From the NCBI GenBank assembly GCA_905181645.1, contig CAJIYN010000002.1:261785-325784 (forward strand): a DNA stretch of 64,000 bases. The letters are read 5' to 3'. How positions within the stretch are numbered: position 1 is the first letter of the stretch; each line of letters starts with the position of its first letter. The stretch comes from an uncultured SAR86 cluster bacterium (GTDB lineage: Bacteria > Pseudomonadota > Gammaproteobacteria > Magnimaribacterales > D2472). The notes below the pieces were generated by a model that saw nothing but the letters and a program-made list of their open reading frames with translations, was not told where the DNA came from and did no database searches. A program made the translations under genes and the position numbers. Positions 35,654 to 46,675 of this stretch are shown piece after piece.

Positions 35654-36401
35654 TTACCCCAAATAATGCTTTAGCTGGTTAAAAAATTTAGGGAATATAG
35701 ATGAAGAAAAACTCATACTATTTTGACAATTTACTAGGGAATTTAGAACAATATCCTCATCATTAATCAAAGCTGAAGCTAAATCAAAACCAGGAATTAG
35801 TGCATCCTGATTTGTAATAGAAATACTCATTATTTTTGAATCTTCTGATTGTATTTGTGCAATTGGAACAGCTGGACCCTCATTTTACAGACGTATCAAC
35901 TTGAAGACTTAAATAACTACTCGAACCTGCTGTAATAGTCATTGGTAAAGTCTGAGCTAAAGTAAGGTCTGGAAATTTTTTATCTCTAAGAATACTGTAT
36001 AAAGCATAAAAACGAATTTGTAGGTCTGCATCTTTAAAAATTGGCTCTGCAAATTCTACAAGCTGCTCAGCTGTAATTAAGCTATTGTTGTTGATAGCAA
36101 ATAAAATAATCTCTTCTAACCAAAGAATCTTTTTATCATCCTCAATAGATAGACTAAAATCATCAAAATATTTATCTTGAAGCTTGGTATTTTCATACAC
36201 AGCGTCCTTTAACTTATCTGACAGCATTTGCTCATGAACAGACCCAAGGATGGAAAACTTACTGATAAAACCAAAAAGAGCTAAGCCTAATACCATGAAA
36301 GAAAAACTAAAAACAAAGGCTTTATTGGAGGATTCTCTTGCAAGCAAAAAGCCAGCTACTGGAAAAAATGCTAAAAGCATTATTAGATAAAAAATTATCA
36401 T
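35654..36401 (-). CDS. ccmI: cytochrome c biogenesis protein CcmI/CycH-like (frameshift near 35880)
   Basis: Last gene of the ccm operon. Two N-terminal TM helices then a soluble helical region; start overlaps ccmH. Confidence 0.6.
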
Positions 36402-36775
36402 CCTAGCCTTCTTCTAAAAACAAAACCTATAAAAATAATTGCAAGAAAGATGAAGGGTCCAAACCATAATATATAAGTTGAGGTATTTACTTCAGGGTCA
36501 TATAAAACCCCACTTCCAAATCTATCTTTTGCATACTGCTTAATATCTTTATCTGAATAGCCATTATTAATAAGTTCTGCAATCTTATTTTTTAGATCTT
36601 CTGATACAGGAGCATTTGAGCTTGCTATAGATCCACTAGTGCATTTAGGACATCTAACCTCATGAATTAACTTATAAAATCTTTGCTCATCAACTTCTGA
36701 ATTAAATGTATAAACTTCAGATGTGAAACCAATAAATGATAAAAATATAAAGCTTAATAGAATTATTTTTTTCAT
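36398..36775 (-). CDS. ccmH: cytochrome c-type biogenesis protein CcmH
   Basis: RCPKCTSGSIASSNAPVSEDLK (CxxC plus SNAP motif), C-terminal TM. Confidence 0.85.
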   Translation of the reverse strand: MKKIILLSFIFLSFIGFTSEVYTFNSEVDEQRFYKLIHEVRCPKCTSGSIASSNAPVSEDLKNKIAELINNGYSDKDIKQYAKDRFGSGVLYDPEVNTSTYILWFGPFIFLAIIFIGFVFRRRLG

Positions 36776-37296
36776 TTAAACATCTCATTTTCAGTAATAA
36801 TTGGTATGAAGACTTTATCCCAAATAGTTTGATTTACTTCACCACTGTAGTGAACCAAAACAACACCATTTTTAATAAGAAAAGTTTCAGGAGCGCCTGT
36901 TACACCCATGTCTAAGGCCAATGAGCCTTTTAAATCATGGAGATTAAAATTATAAGGATTACCATAGGAGTTCAGCCAATTGATTGCATCAATTGATTCA
37001 TCTTTGTAATTTAGTCCTGTTACCCTGACGCCTTCAGAATTTAATTTCATTAAAAAGTCATGTTCAATTCTGCAAGTTATACACCAACTAGCCCAAACAT
37101 TAAGTAATAGCTCATTTTGTAAGTCTTCTTTTTTGAAAGATGAGGCCGAATCAAGACTTTGTAATTTGAAATTGGGAACATTGAAATTTTTAAAATTAGC
37201 CCCTGGATAAAATTTATCTTCTGTCAATAAATTATAAAAAAATAAAATACCCACAATTGGAATAATCAAAATAGAAAATCTTAACAAGGTATTCAT
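36772..37296 (-). CDS. ccmG: thiol:disulfide interchange protein DsbE/CcmG
   Basis: WASWCITCRIEH motif, GVTGAPETFLI. Confidence 0.9.
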   Translation of the reverse strand: MNTLLRFSILIIPIVGILFFYNLLTEDKFYPGANFKNFNVPNFKLQSLDSASSFKKEDLQNELLLNVWASWCITCRIEHDFLMKLNSEGVRVTGLNYKDESIDAINWLNSYGNPYNFNLHDLKGSLALDMGVTGAPETFLIKNGVVLVHYSGEVNQTIWDKVFIPIITENEMFK

Positions 37297-39173
37297 TTTC
37301 TTTTAAGTCTCTCCATGAGGGCTGCAAAACCACCAATACCCATGATTGCAGCTGCTATCCATATCCATCTAATTAGATAATTGTATTGTATATTTACTAC
37401 CCAATAACCATTATCAAGCTGATCTCCAAGCGTCATATAGATATCTTTATAAGGTGTTATTTTGATAGCTGATTCGGATGTAATCTGTCCTCTTATAAAA
37501 TATTTTCTTTTTTCAGGAAACATGGAGAAAGTTTTATTTGGAGTGTATTACCTATTGACAAAAATATTAGTGTTTCTGCATTCAAGTCGGGAGATAATTT
37601 TCAAAATCTATTAAATAAAATTCATAATCGCTGTCTTTATAGATTTCTCCAGGCTTTATATTTATAATTTTTTCATAACTCAAAGAAGCATTTAGAGCAG
37701 TTGCAAGTATAAGAACTCCGAATCCGATATGAGCAGTTGCACTTGATTTATTAAAGTAATTTTTCTTCATAAAGCTATCAGCTATAAGAAAGAAATATCT
37801 TATTAAAATTAAAAATCCTGAAAAAATACCGCCAATAAACCACCACTGATATTCTTGATATATATATGAGATGCAAATCGATGCAGCTGCTGCAAATAAA
37901 ATAGACATTGATAAAAAGCTTTTAAAATTTAATAGTTTTGAGGTTCTCTGCCATAAGCTACCTACTGAGAAGACTAAAAAAATTGCTGCTAAAAATGTTA
38001 ATGGTGCAAAAATTGTATTGTAATATGGCGGTCCAACACTAATTCTTTCATCGTAAAGATAATCAAATATTAAGGGATATAAGACACCAAGCATTACTGC
38101 AAAAATTGCGGCAGCAAAGAGAATGTTATTAATAGAAAGGAATGATTCTTATAGGACTAAATACAGCACTTGAACGTAAACTATTTGCTCTAAATGCATA
38201 CAAGGTTAAAGCACCACCTATAGCAATAATTAAGATAAGCAAAATAAAAACACCGCGCTCAGGATCATTAGCAAAGGCATGAACAGATGTAATTACTCCT
38301 GAGCGCACAATAAATGCTCCAAATAAACTTAAAGAAAATACTGAAATAGATAATAAAATTGCTTCTATGATAGAAACTAATCTAGCTGAAACATAAAGTG
38401 AATGGATTAATGCAGTTCCAGCAAGCCAGGGCATGAGTGCAACATTTTCAACAGGATCCCAAAACCAGTAACCACCCCAACCAAGCTCATAATATGCCCA
38501 CCAGCTTCCAAGAGTAATTCCTATAGTGAGGAAGACCCATGCAGCTATAGACCAAGTTCTAACCAAAGATTCCCATTTTATAGAAGAATTACCTTCGACC
38601 ATAAAAGCTATCGCATGAGCAAATGCTATAACAAAGCCAATATAGCCCATATAAAGAAATGGAGGGTGTATTGCCAAGGCTGGATCTTGAAGAACTGGAT
38701 TGATATCAGCGCCATTGATTGGTGCTATTGGCAATAATCCTAAAAATCCTAGGTGGGAAATAATAAGAAGATTAAAAAATCGTAAGCCGATTACTCAAAA
38801 TCTTTAGCTGGTGCTTTTAATAAATCATTTTTAGATAATAAATAATTAAATAATTGACTCCACCCAGCTAAGAACAAGATCCATAAAAACATTGAACCCT
38901 CGTGTGCAGTCAAATAGAAGAAATTTTATAAAAAGTTGGTAAGTCTTTATTGGAATGTTCGGCTATGTATCTTATGGAGAAATCGCTTTGAATTGCTAAC
39001 CAGACATAAAGAAGAAATGAGATAAAAATAAAATAAAATCCATAACTAAAGATTCTGTTTACAAGCAATTCTAGATTGTGATTCCCTTGATAGGTTCGAG
39101 TAGAAAAAATGAATGCGAGAAAAATCACCAAGGCAGATGCTAATGCTAGAAAATGAGCTATTTCTCCTATCAT
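37293..39173 (-). CDS. ccmF: cytochrome c heme lyase subunit CcmF (5 frame segments)
   Basis: DFSIRYIAEHSN, HEGS, WWD block WGGYWFWDPVENVALMPWL, and multiple TM segments across ORFs 38910-39173, 38129-38734, 37582-38094 and 37293-37523. Confidence 0.9.
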
Positions 39174-39580
39174 TTAGGCTCCTGTCTTGTTAGCTCTGGA
39201 GGCATATAGTTCTCGTCATGCTTGGCAAAGATATTTTCTGCAATAAGCCTATTATCAACAATCATTCCATAGGCAACTATGCCACTACCCTCTTTAAATA
39301 AATCAGGCACAACCCCATTATAGGAGACATTAATTGAATTACTAAAATCAGTGATATTAAAAGATATATTTGTACCATCCCTAATTACGGACTGCATTTG
39401 AACCATTCCACCAAGCTTTACTCTTTTATTATTAGGTATTTCAGCATTGATAATTTCTGAAGGTGTATAAAAATAATCCAAGTTCGAATTAAGTGCTGAA
39501 AGTATTAAGTAAACTCCTAAAAAGGAAGTTGCAATCAAGGTCATCACAGAGACTAATCTTTTTTTTCTTATCTTATTCAT
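39170..39580 (-). CDS. ccmE: heme chaperone CcmE
   Basis: Intact 136 aa, N-terminal TM, heme-binding FAKHDENYMPPE. Confidence 0.9.
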   Translation of the reverse strand: MNKIRKKRLVSVMTLIATSFLGVYLILSALNSNLDYFYTPSEIINAEIPNNKRVKLGGMVQMQSVIRDGTNISFNITDFSNSINVSYNGVVPDLFKEGSGIVAYGMIVDNRLIAENIFAKHDENYMPPELTRQEPK

Positions 39581-39733
39581 TAATATGCTTTTTTTTCAAT
39601 TTTTTCAGTTTATTTCTAACTTTTAGTTTAGATTTGATGCTAGTATCATTCCAAAAAAAACTGACCAAACATATATCCCATGACCATCCATGTAAATAAA
39701 AGTATCAAAACTATCAAAAGCAAAATTAAACAT
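39572..39733 (-). CDS. ccmD: heme exporter protein CcmD (frameshift in a T-run)
   Basis: MFNFAFDSFDTFIYMDGHGIYVWSVFFGMILASNL.. then a basic tail. ATG overlaps the ccmC stop, and its own stop overlaps the ccmE ATG. Confidence 0.65.
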
Positions 39734-40453
39734 GATCTTTGACCCAGGACTTATTTCCTTCACGATTAAAAATCTGGACTTTTGAAGATAAGATTACTAA
39801 GCAGATTATTAAACCGCTAAAACCTATCATTGAAAAGAATAATGGATATAGCATTGATGGGTCTATAGAAGGCTTGTCAGTCAATGTTATTGAAGCAGGT
39901 TGATGAAGCGTGCTCCACCAATCAACAGACTTTTTAATGATTGGTATATTAACAAAACCAATTAATACCAATACAGATATAAATTTATCTGCTTTCTCAA
40001 AATTAGTAAAAGAGCTATTTTCAAACTTTCTTCTTGAATAATAAATAGAATTAAAGTTCTAGTAATTCTTGCATCCCATTGCCACCAAGTTCCCCAAGTT
40101 GGAATCCCCCATATAGATCCAGAAACAAGTGCAATAAAGGTTACAAGAGCTCCAATTGGAGCAATTGATTTAATCATATAGGCTGCTAATTTGACCTTCC
40201 AGACCAAAAAGACTGCTGCGGCTATAGCCATTACAAGATATAGACTCTGAGATAAAAAGGATGCTGGGACATGCAAATACATGATCCTGAAAGAATTACC
40301 TTGAAGATAATCAGCAGGAGCGAATGCCAAACCCCATATCAAAGCGACAGTATAGATACATAAAGAAATGTAAAAAACATAGGGGTACATCTTATTAACT
40401 AAAACAATGTAGGTTTTTGGCGATGCAAATTGATGATAGAGTTTCTTTAACAC
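39726..40453 (-). CDS. ccmC: heme exporter protein CcmC (one frameshift near 39965)
   Basis: WGIPTWGTWWQWDARIT (WWD domain) and conserved His-containing TM segments. Confidence 0.9.
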
Positions 40454-41117
40454 AATTTTTTTAAATTTTTATCTGATCCCGATGCAGTCCGAATAATGAA
40501 TGAGATTATAAATGGAATAAATACAATTATAAGCAATAAAACACCAAGCATTAACAATAAAAGGTTAGAAATTTCAAAACCAAAGTTAGCATTTAAAACG
40601 ATCTTGCCTAATAAAATTAAAATTGGAAATAAATAGATTATTGATATGTTAAATACTATAAATACAACCATTTGTTCACTTAAGCCTTCTAAAAAAGGTT
40701 AATAAAAATATATGTGGAAATGAGCATAGATGGAAGAGCTATATAAAAAGATGACATCTCCCCTGTCATACTTACAGAAAAAAATGTTCCTAACAATGAT
40801 ATTGGGATACCAATTAATAGCCAGTAGATAAATATCTTGATTAGTACCATTGAAAATAGCGAATCATTTGCAACGCTGAAGTTTTCTAAAGTGCCATCTT
40901 CATAATCCTCTAAAAAGATACCTTCAACTGAAACCATTACGGTCAAAAGACTTGCAATCCACAAAATAGAATAAAAAACATTTTTTAAATCATCACTTGC
41001 TAGCTCAACGGTTAATGGAAATGAGATTGTAATTAGAAGAAAAACTAAAATAGGACCAAGCCATGCTCTTAATTTTTTACGTAACTTAAATAGTTCTAAT
41101 TTAAATAAATCAAACAT
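40447..41117 (-). CDS. ccmB: heme exporter protein CcmB (one frameshift near 40680)
   Basis: About 223 aa and 6 TM over two ORFs, positioned between ccmA and ccmC. Confidence 0.8.
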
Positions 41118-41455
41118 TACAGGATTCCTATTATCACTTCACTACTAGATAGTTCTAATGGTATATGTGATGTATAAATAATTGATTTATTTTTACCTAG
41201 TTCTGTTGTTAAAAAAGTAGTAATCAGGCGCCTTGTTTGATCATCTAGACCTATACCTGTGCTATCGGTAACAAATCTACCTCCTGCAAGAGGTGATTTA
41301 CCTAATTTTTTTTGCTGGCCATTGTAAACATTAAGTCTTATAGCTTCAGAAAAACCTCCATTATTTTGTTGACCACAGGATGTGCTACGTCTAATCCATG
41401 AAGATGTAAATTATCTGCTACTGATAGATGGTTTTTAAGAACATTTTTATGACCT
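41117..41455 (-). CDS. ccmA: 3' two-thirds of cytochrome c export ATPase CcmA (5' end replaced; internal frameshift)
   Basis: ..[22 protein letters not shown].., NGQQKKL (degenerate signature), GIGLDDQT (Walker B region), IYTSHIPLEL. Stop overlaps the ccmB ATG (TAATG). Confidence 0.7.
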
Positions 41456-41636
41456 AAGCAGATAAACTTTCAACATATCTTCTTTGTCCCTCAGCATAGA
41501 TAGTGTCAAATGCTAATGAAGATTTTCCAGAACCGGAAAGTCCAGTAATAACAACAAATTGATCTTTGGGTATTTCTACAGAAACATTCTTTAAATTATG
41601 CTCCTTTGCACCCTTGATAACTATCTTTTTGATCAT
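41454..41636 (-). other. uvrA: first 60 codons of uvrA fused in place of the ccmA 5' end
   Basis: [60 protein letters not shown] is a near-consensus UvrA N-terminus. The remaining 2.8 kb or so of uvrA is absent. Confidence 0.85.
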
Positions 41637-41689
41637 AATTTTAGTTGCTTTAAATTAGAGCAATGATACCTTAGAAGCACTTCTAGATG

Positions 41690-42085
41690 TTAATGAAGCG
41701 GAGGCTTTTGCGGATCAAGTCTTGAATATAATCTTTTTGATATTTCAGTAAAATAATCTGCTTTAAATTTACCCATTCCACCTATAGAAAAGTAGAGATC
41801 TTTAGTAAAGTAAATTCCTTGCTCAATTGATGGAGTTGTTCTGATAAACGTATTTAATTTTTTAAGATTAGATGACACTTTGTCCTCTGAATTAGGTAGA
41901 TCAAACCATCCCCAAACAGGATAATTAATCATAGCCATTTTTTTTAAAGATATTCTATTTTTTTTCTTAGGTATTGAACTTGGTGGTAACAATACAATTA
42001 TCGAGCCAAGGCTATCAGCAACAACGTTATCTAGTGTTTCTACAAATGATGCGTATTCCTTAAAGCTTAAAAAGATATTCTTCAT
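41690..42085 (-). CDS. hypothetical protein
   Basis: Intact 131-aa ORF with no motif I recognise. Confidence 0.4.
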   Translation of the reverse strand: MKNIFLSFKEYASFVETLDNVVADSLGSIIVLLPPSSIPKKKNRISLKKMAMINYPVWGWFDLPNSEDKVSSNLKKLNTFIRTTPSIEQGIYFTKDLYFSIGGMGKFKADYFTEISKRLYSRLDPQKPPLH

Positions 42086-42171
42086 ATTTATTAGCTGATG
42101 GCAGTTTAATATTTTTTAATCTAGATTCTGAACCAAGAACTATATAAGTTACTAATTCTTGGCTCAAGATG

Positions 42172-43467
<1,296 letters not shown>

Positions 43468-43669
43468 TTATCTCCTAAATAATAAATTTATTAAAGATGC
43501 AGCTTGCTAAAACATTAATTAGCAAGATTTAATTATCTGCACGCTAAATTATTTGATATTTAATTATATACAATTTTAAAACATTAAAAAAATTATTATT
43601 AGAACTAACAATAGCAACTTAATTTCAAATCTTTATAATGATAAAGTTAATTAATATTTAAAAATAAAA

Positions 43670-44068
43670 ATGGCTAAAAAATATGTAAATTTCCGAGTTG
43701 GTGGAACGCCGCAAAGAGAAACTGAAGACTACACTGTATGGACTAATGATCTTTTAAAAAGAATTATTGCAAGTAAGACAGTTATTCAGCCTGCAAAATC
43801 TACCACTGGGCATAAATTAATAAACTCTGATGTTGCTTATGTCATAACAAATGGCAGAGGAACAATGGAAATAGTTGAATATATGAATGATGAAGATGGT
43901 CACGGATCAAATCCATCTTATGGAATTGAACATAAAGACTCATATGACCTTTCTTCAGGTGATGTAATCCTTATAGAGTCAGGTGACTACTGTAAAGTGA
44001 TGAATGACTCTGACCATGATCAGCTTACATATCTTAGAATATTTGATAGAGGCGGATGGAGAAAATAA
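43670..44068 (+). CDS. cupin-fold protein, unknown function
   Basis: Intact 132 aa. Beta-rich with GHKL...NGRG...GDVILIESGDYCKV pattern. Confidence 0.45.
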   Translation: MAKKYVNFRVGGTPQRETEDYTVWTNDLLKRIIASKTVIQPAKSTTGHKLINSDVAYVITNGRGTMEIVEYMNDEDGHGSNPSYGIEHKDSYDLSSGDVILIESGDYCKVMNDSDHDQLTYLRIFDRGGWRK

Positions 44069-44091
44069 GAATTCTTTTCTAAGATTATTTC

Positions 44092-44454
44092 ATGAAAGAT
44101 AAACTAGGGATATTTTTTTCAGGACTCTGCGTTATTCACTGTGTCCTTTTTAGCTTATTGATATGGGGTGGAGTTGGATCTGCAAGTTTTTTAACCCTAT
44201 CTGAAGAGCTAGTTCACCCAATATTATTAGTATTAGTGTTTATAGTAGGCCTTGTTAGCTTTCCTTCTGCTTATTATGAGCATAAGAGGCTAGAGCCAAT
44301 GATTTTAGGATTAATTGGTACATTGGGCCTATTTATTGCACTGTTTCTCAGCACGACGCTTGAGGTTGTTACAACGCTACTATGTGGATCGATGCTTATT
44401 GCAGCGCTGGAACTACAAATTATCTCACTAAAATTTAGTTGCCTTAAAAATTAA
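44092..44454 (+). CDS. MerC-like membrane protein
   Basis: 120 aa, 4 TM, GLCVIHCVLFSLL (CxxHC-type motif in TM1). Confidence 0.5.
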   Translation: MKDKLGIFFSGLCVIHCVLFSLLIWGGVGSASFLTLSEELVHPILLVLVFIVGLVSFPSAYYEHKRLEPMILGLIGTLGLFIALFLSTTLEVVTTLLCGSMLIAALELQIISLKFSCLKN

Positions 44455-45427
44455 TCTTGGCAACTAGCGGAATGTGATCAGAGACTCCCTCTAACGTATC
44501 TACATCAAAACCTACTGGCTTAATATTGTCTTTATCCATGTTAATAGATGTCGTATGAAGCTTAATACTTTCAGGCATAAATGAAATATTTCTTCCCTTA
44601 GAAACAAGGATTGCGTCTAGAAATGACCAGTCATTATTGGGAGCGTAATAGTAGGTACCTTCACAAGTGCTACACCCAACATGGTGAGAGATTTCCCAAA
44701 ATATTTCTTGATTAAAAAAGGTATTTCTACTTTTTGCCTCTGTTCTAATAACATTGAAATCACCGAGTGCAATTGAGGGCTCTTTATTATTTATAAGTAG
44801 TTGATTTAAGGCTAAAAATGCTGATTCTCGCATTTGAAAATTAAGATATGGAGCGGGGAAATGAACTCCGTAAAATCTTACATTTGTACCATTTATGTCT
44901 ATCAATACATCTAGAATAGGTCTTGAATCTTTATTGCTAAATTCGCCGCTAAACTTAATGTAATGAAGCCTAGAATCTTTAATTGGATATTGAATATAAT
45001 TGCGTTATCTATACCCCTGTAATCATTACCTTCTAATAATTTATAGTCAGAATAACCGTAAGGTTCTAATAGATTAAACAACTGCTGGAGAACATTATTA
45101 TTCTCTATTTCCTGGAACACTATTACATCCGGACCAGAGTCTTCATATGCAATTATTAAGTTTAATATATTAATTAATTTGGCATCTTTAACTGTCTCAT
45201 TCCAGTCTAAATATAAGCAGGTCATTATATAATGAATCTTTATTTCTTAGATTTTCTAAGTTATTTAATTGTTTTTTTGAAAGCGGTAAGAAAGCTTTGT
45301 CATCTTTTTTATAGTCATCTTCGGTATCGAAAAGATTTTCTACATTAAAAGACATGACACTAAAAGAATCGGAATGAACATTCAGAATTGGAAAAATAAG
45401 AAGAGTTAAGTATATATATTTGAGCAT
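44444..45427 (-). CDS. endonuclease/exonuclease/phosphatase (EEP) family protein with signal peptide (2 frameshifts)
   Basis: SVMSFNVENLF, DVIVFQEIEN, GDFNV, SDHIPLVAKI over three ORFs. Confidence 0.75.
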
Positions 45428-45442
45428 TTTGTAATTAATAGT

Positions 45443-46675
45443 TTAATTTATAAAATTCAGAATTAATACATGATTTAGCTCAGCCATAAATCTTGCTCCT
45501 TCTGCTCCATCAATAACTCTATGATCATATGAAAGTGCTAAGGGTAGAGTTGGGGTTATATCTCCATTCATTAATTCTAAGGACTTAAATGTTTTTGAAA
45601 TACCCAGTATCCCAACTTCAGGAGGATTGATAATGGGAGTGAAGAATTTTCCACCAATAGCACCTAAAGAGGAAACTGAGAAAGTTGAACCCTTTAATTC
45701 ATCTACTTTAAGCTTACGATCTTTTGCTGCTGTAGCCATACGCCCTATTTCATTTGAAATCTCTGTTATAGATAACTTATTAGCGTCTTTTATATTAGGA
45801 ACAATAAGACCTTTTGGTGTATCAATTGCTATACCTACATTGATATAGTCCTTAAAAACAATATTTTCAGTATTTTCATCCAAAGAGGAGTTCATTAGAG
45901 GGAATTCTTCTAAAAGACTTGCCGCAGCTTTAACAAAAAAAGCTAAAGGAGATATTTTGAGACCAGATGCTTTATTTAGCTCAGTTCTTAGCAGCATTAA
46001 TTCATCTATATTAGCTTCATCATGCTGGGTTACATGAGGAATATTCTGCCAAGACTGTTGAAGGTTTTCAGCTGCAGTTTTTTGGAATTTTGTGAGGGGT
46101 TCTGTATTAATTTCCCCCCATTTTGCAAAATCAACACTTGGATTCTTAGAAAAAGTTTGAGCCTTAGGATCTAATCGTTGTTTTACGAAATGGTGAAGGT
46201 CCTCTTTTAAAATCCTTCCTCTAGGGCCTGAAGGTAATACTTCATTTAGATTGATTCCAAATTCTCTGGCTAATTTTCTTACTGCAGGACCAGCGTAGAT
46301 ACTGCCGGTATAATTAATACTAGCATTAGTCTCATTAGGCTTGCTTGCAACAGTTTGTTCTTCAATCGTAGGTGTTGCCTTTTTGGCTTCTTTTTCAATT
46401 AGGGTTTCTTTTCCAGCAACTTCCTCAACAACAACTTCTGCAGCTTCAATCTCAAGAAATATTACTCCTTCATTTACTGTATCGCCATTGCTAACTTTTA
46501 TATCGATAACTTTTCCAGCAACTGAAGCAGGAATTTCCATGGCTGCTTTTTCAGACTCTAAAACAATAATAGAGTCATCTTTAGAAACTGTGTCTCCAGG
46601 TTTAACGCATATTTCTATAACCTCTACATCTAATGCATCACCTAGATCTGGAATTTTTATCTTCTCAATTGTCAT
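45443..46675 (-). CDS. aceF: dihydrolipoamide acetyltransferase, pyruvate dehydrogenase E2 (single lipoyl domain)
   Basis: Intact 410 aa. Lipoyl site VLESEKAAMEIPA, E3-binding AGPAVRKLAREFGINL, catalytic SYDHRVIDGA. Confidence 0.9.
   Translation of the reverse strand: MTIEKIKIPDLGDALDVEVIEICVKPGDTVSKDDSIIVLESEKAAMEIPASVAGKVIDIKVSNGDTVNEGVIFLEIEAAEVVVEEVAGKETLIEKEAKKATPTIEEQTVASKPNETNASINYTGSIYAGPAVRKLAREFGINLNEVLPSGPRGRILKEDLHHFVKQRLDPKAQTFSKNPSVDFAKWGEINTEPLTKFQKTAAENLQQSWQNIPHVTQHDEANIDELMLLRTELNKASGLKISPLAFFVKAAASLLEEFPLMNSSLDENTENIVFKDYINVGIAIDTPKGLIVPNIKDANKLSITEISNEIGRMATAAKDRKLKVDELKGSTFSVSSLGAIGGKFFTPIINPPEVGILGISKTFKSLELMNGDITPTLPLALSYDHRVIDGAEGARFMAELNHVLILNFIN

Noticed and set aside
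41454-41636. 60-aa ORF as a stand-alone small P-loop protein
   Set aside because: It is the exact N-terminus of UvrA and runs straight into CcmA sequence after a 1-nt shift. It is a truncated or fused fragment, not an independent gene.
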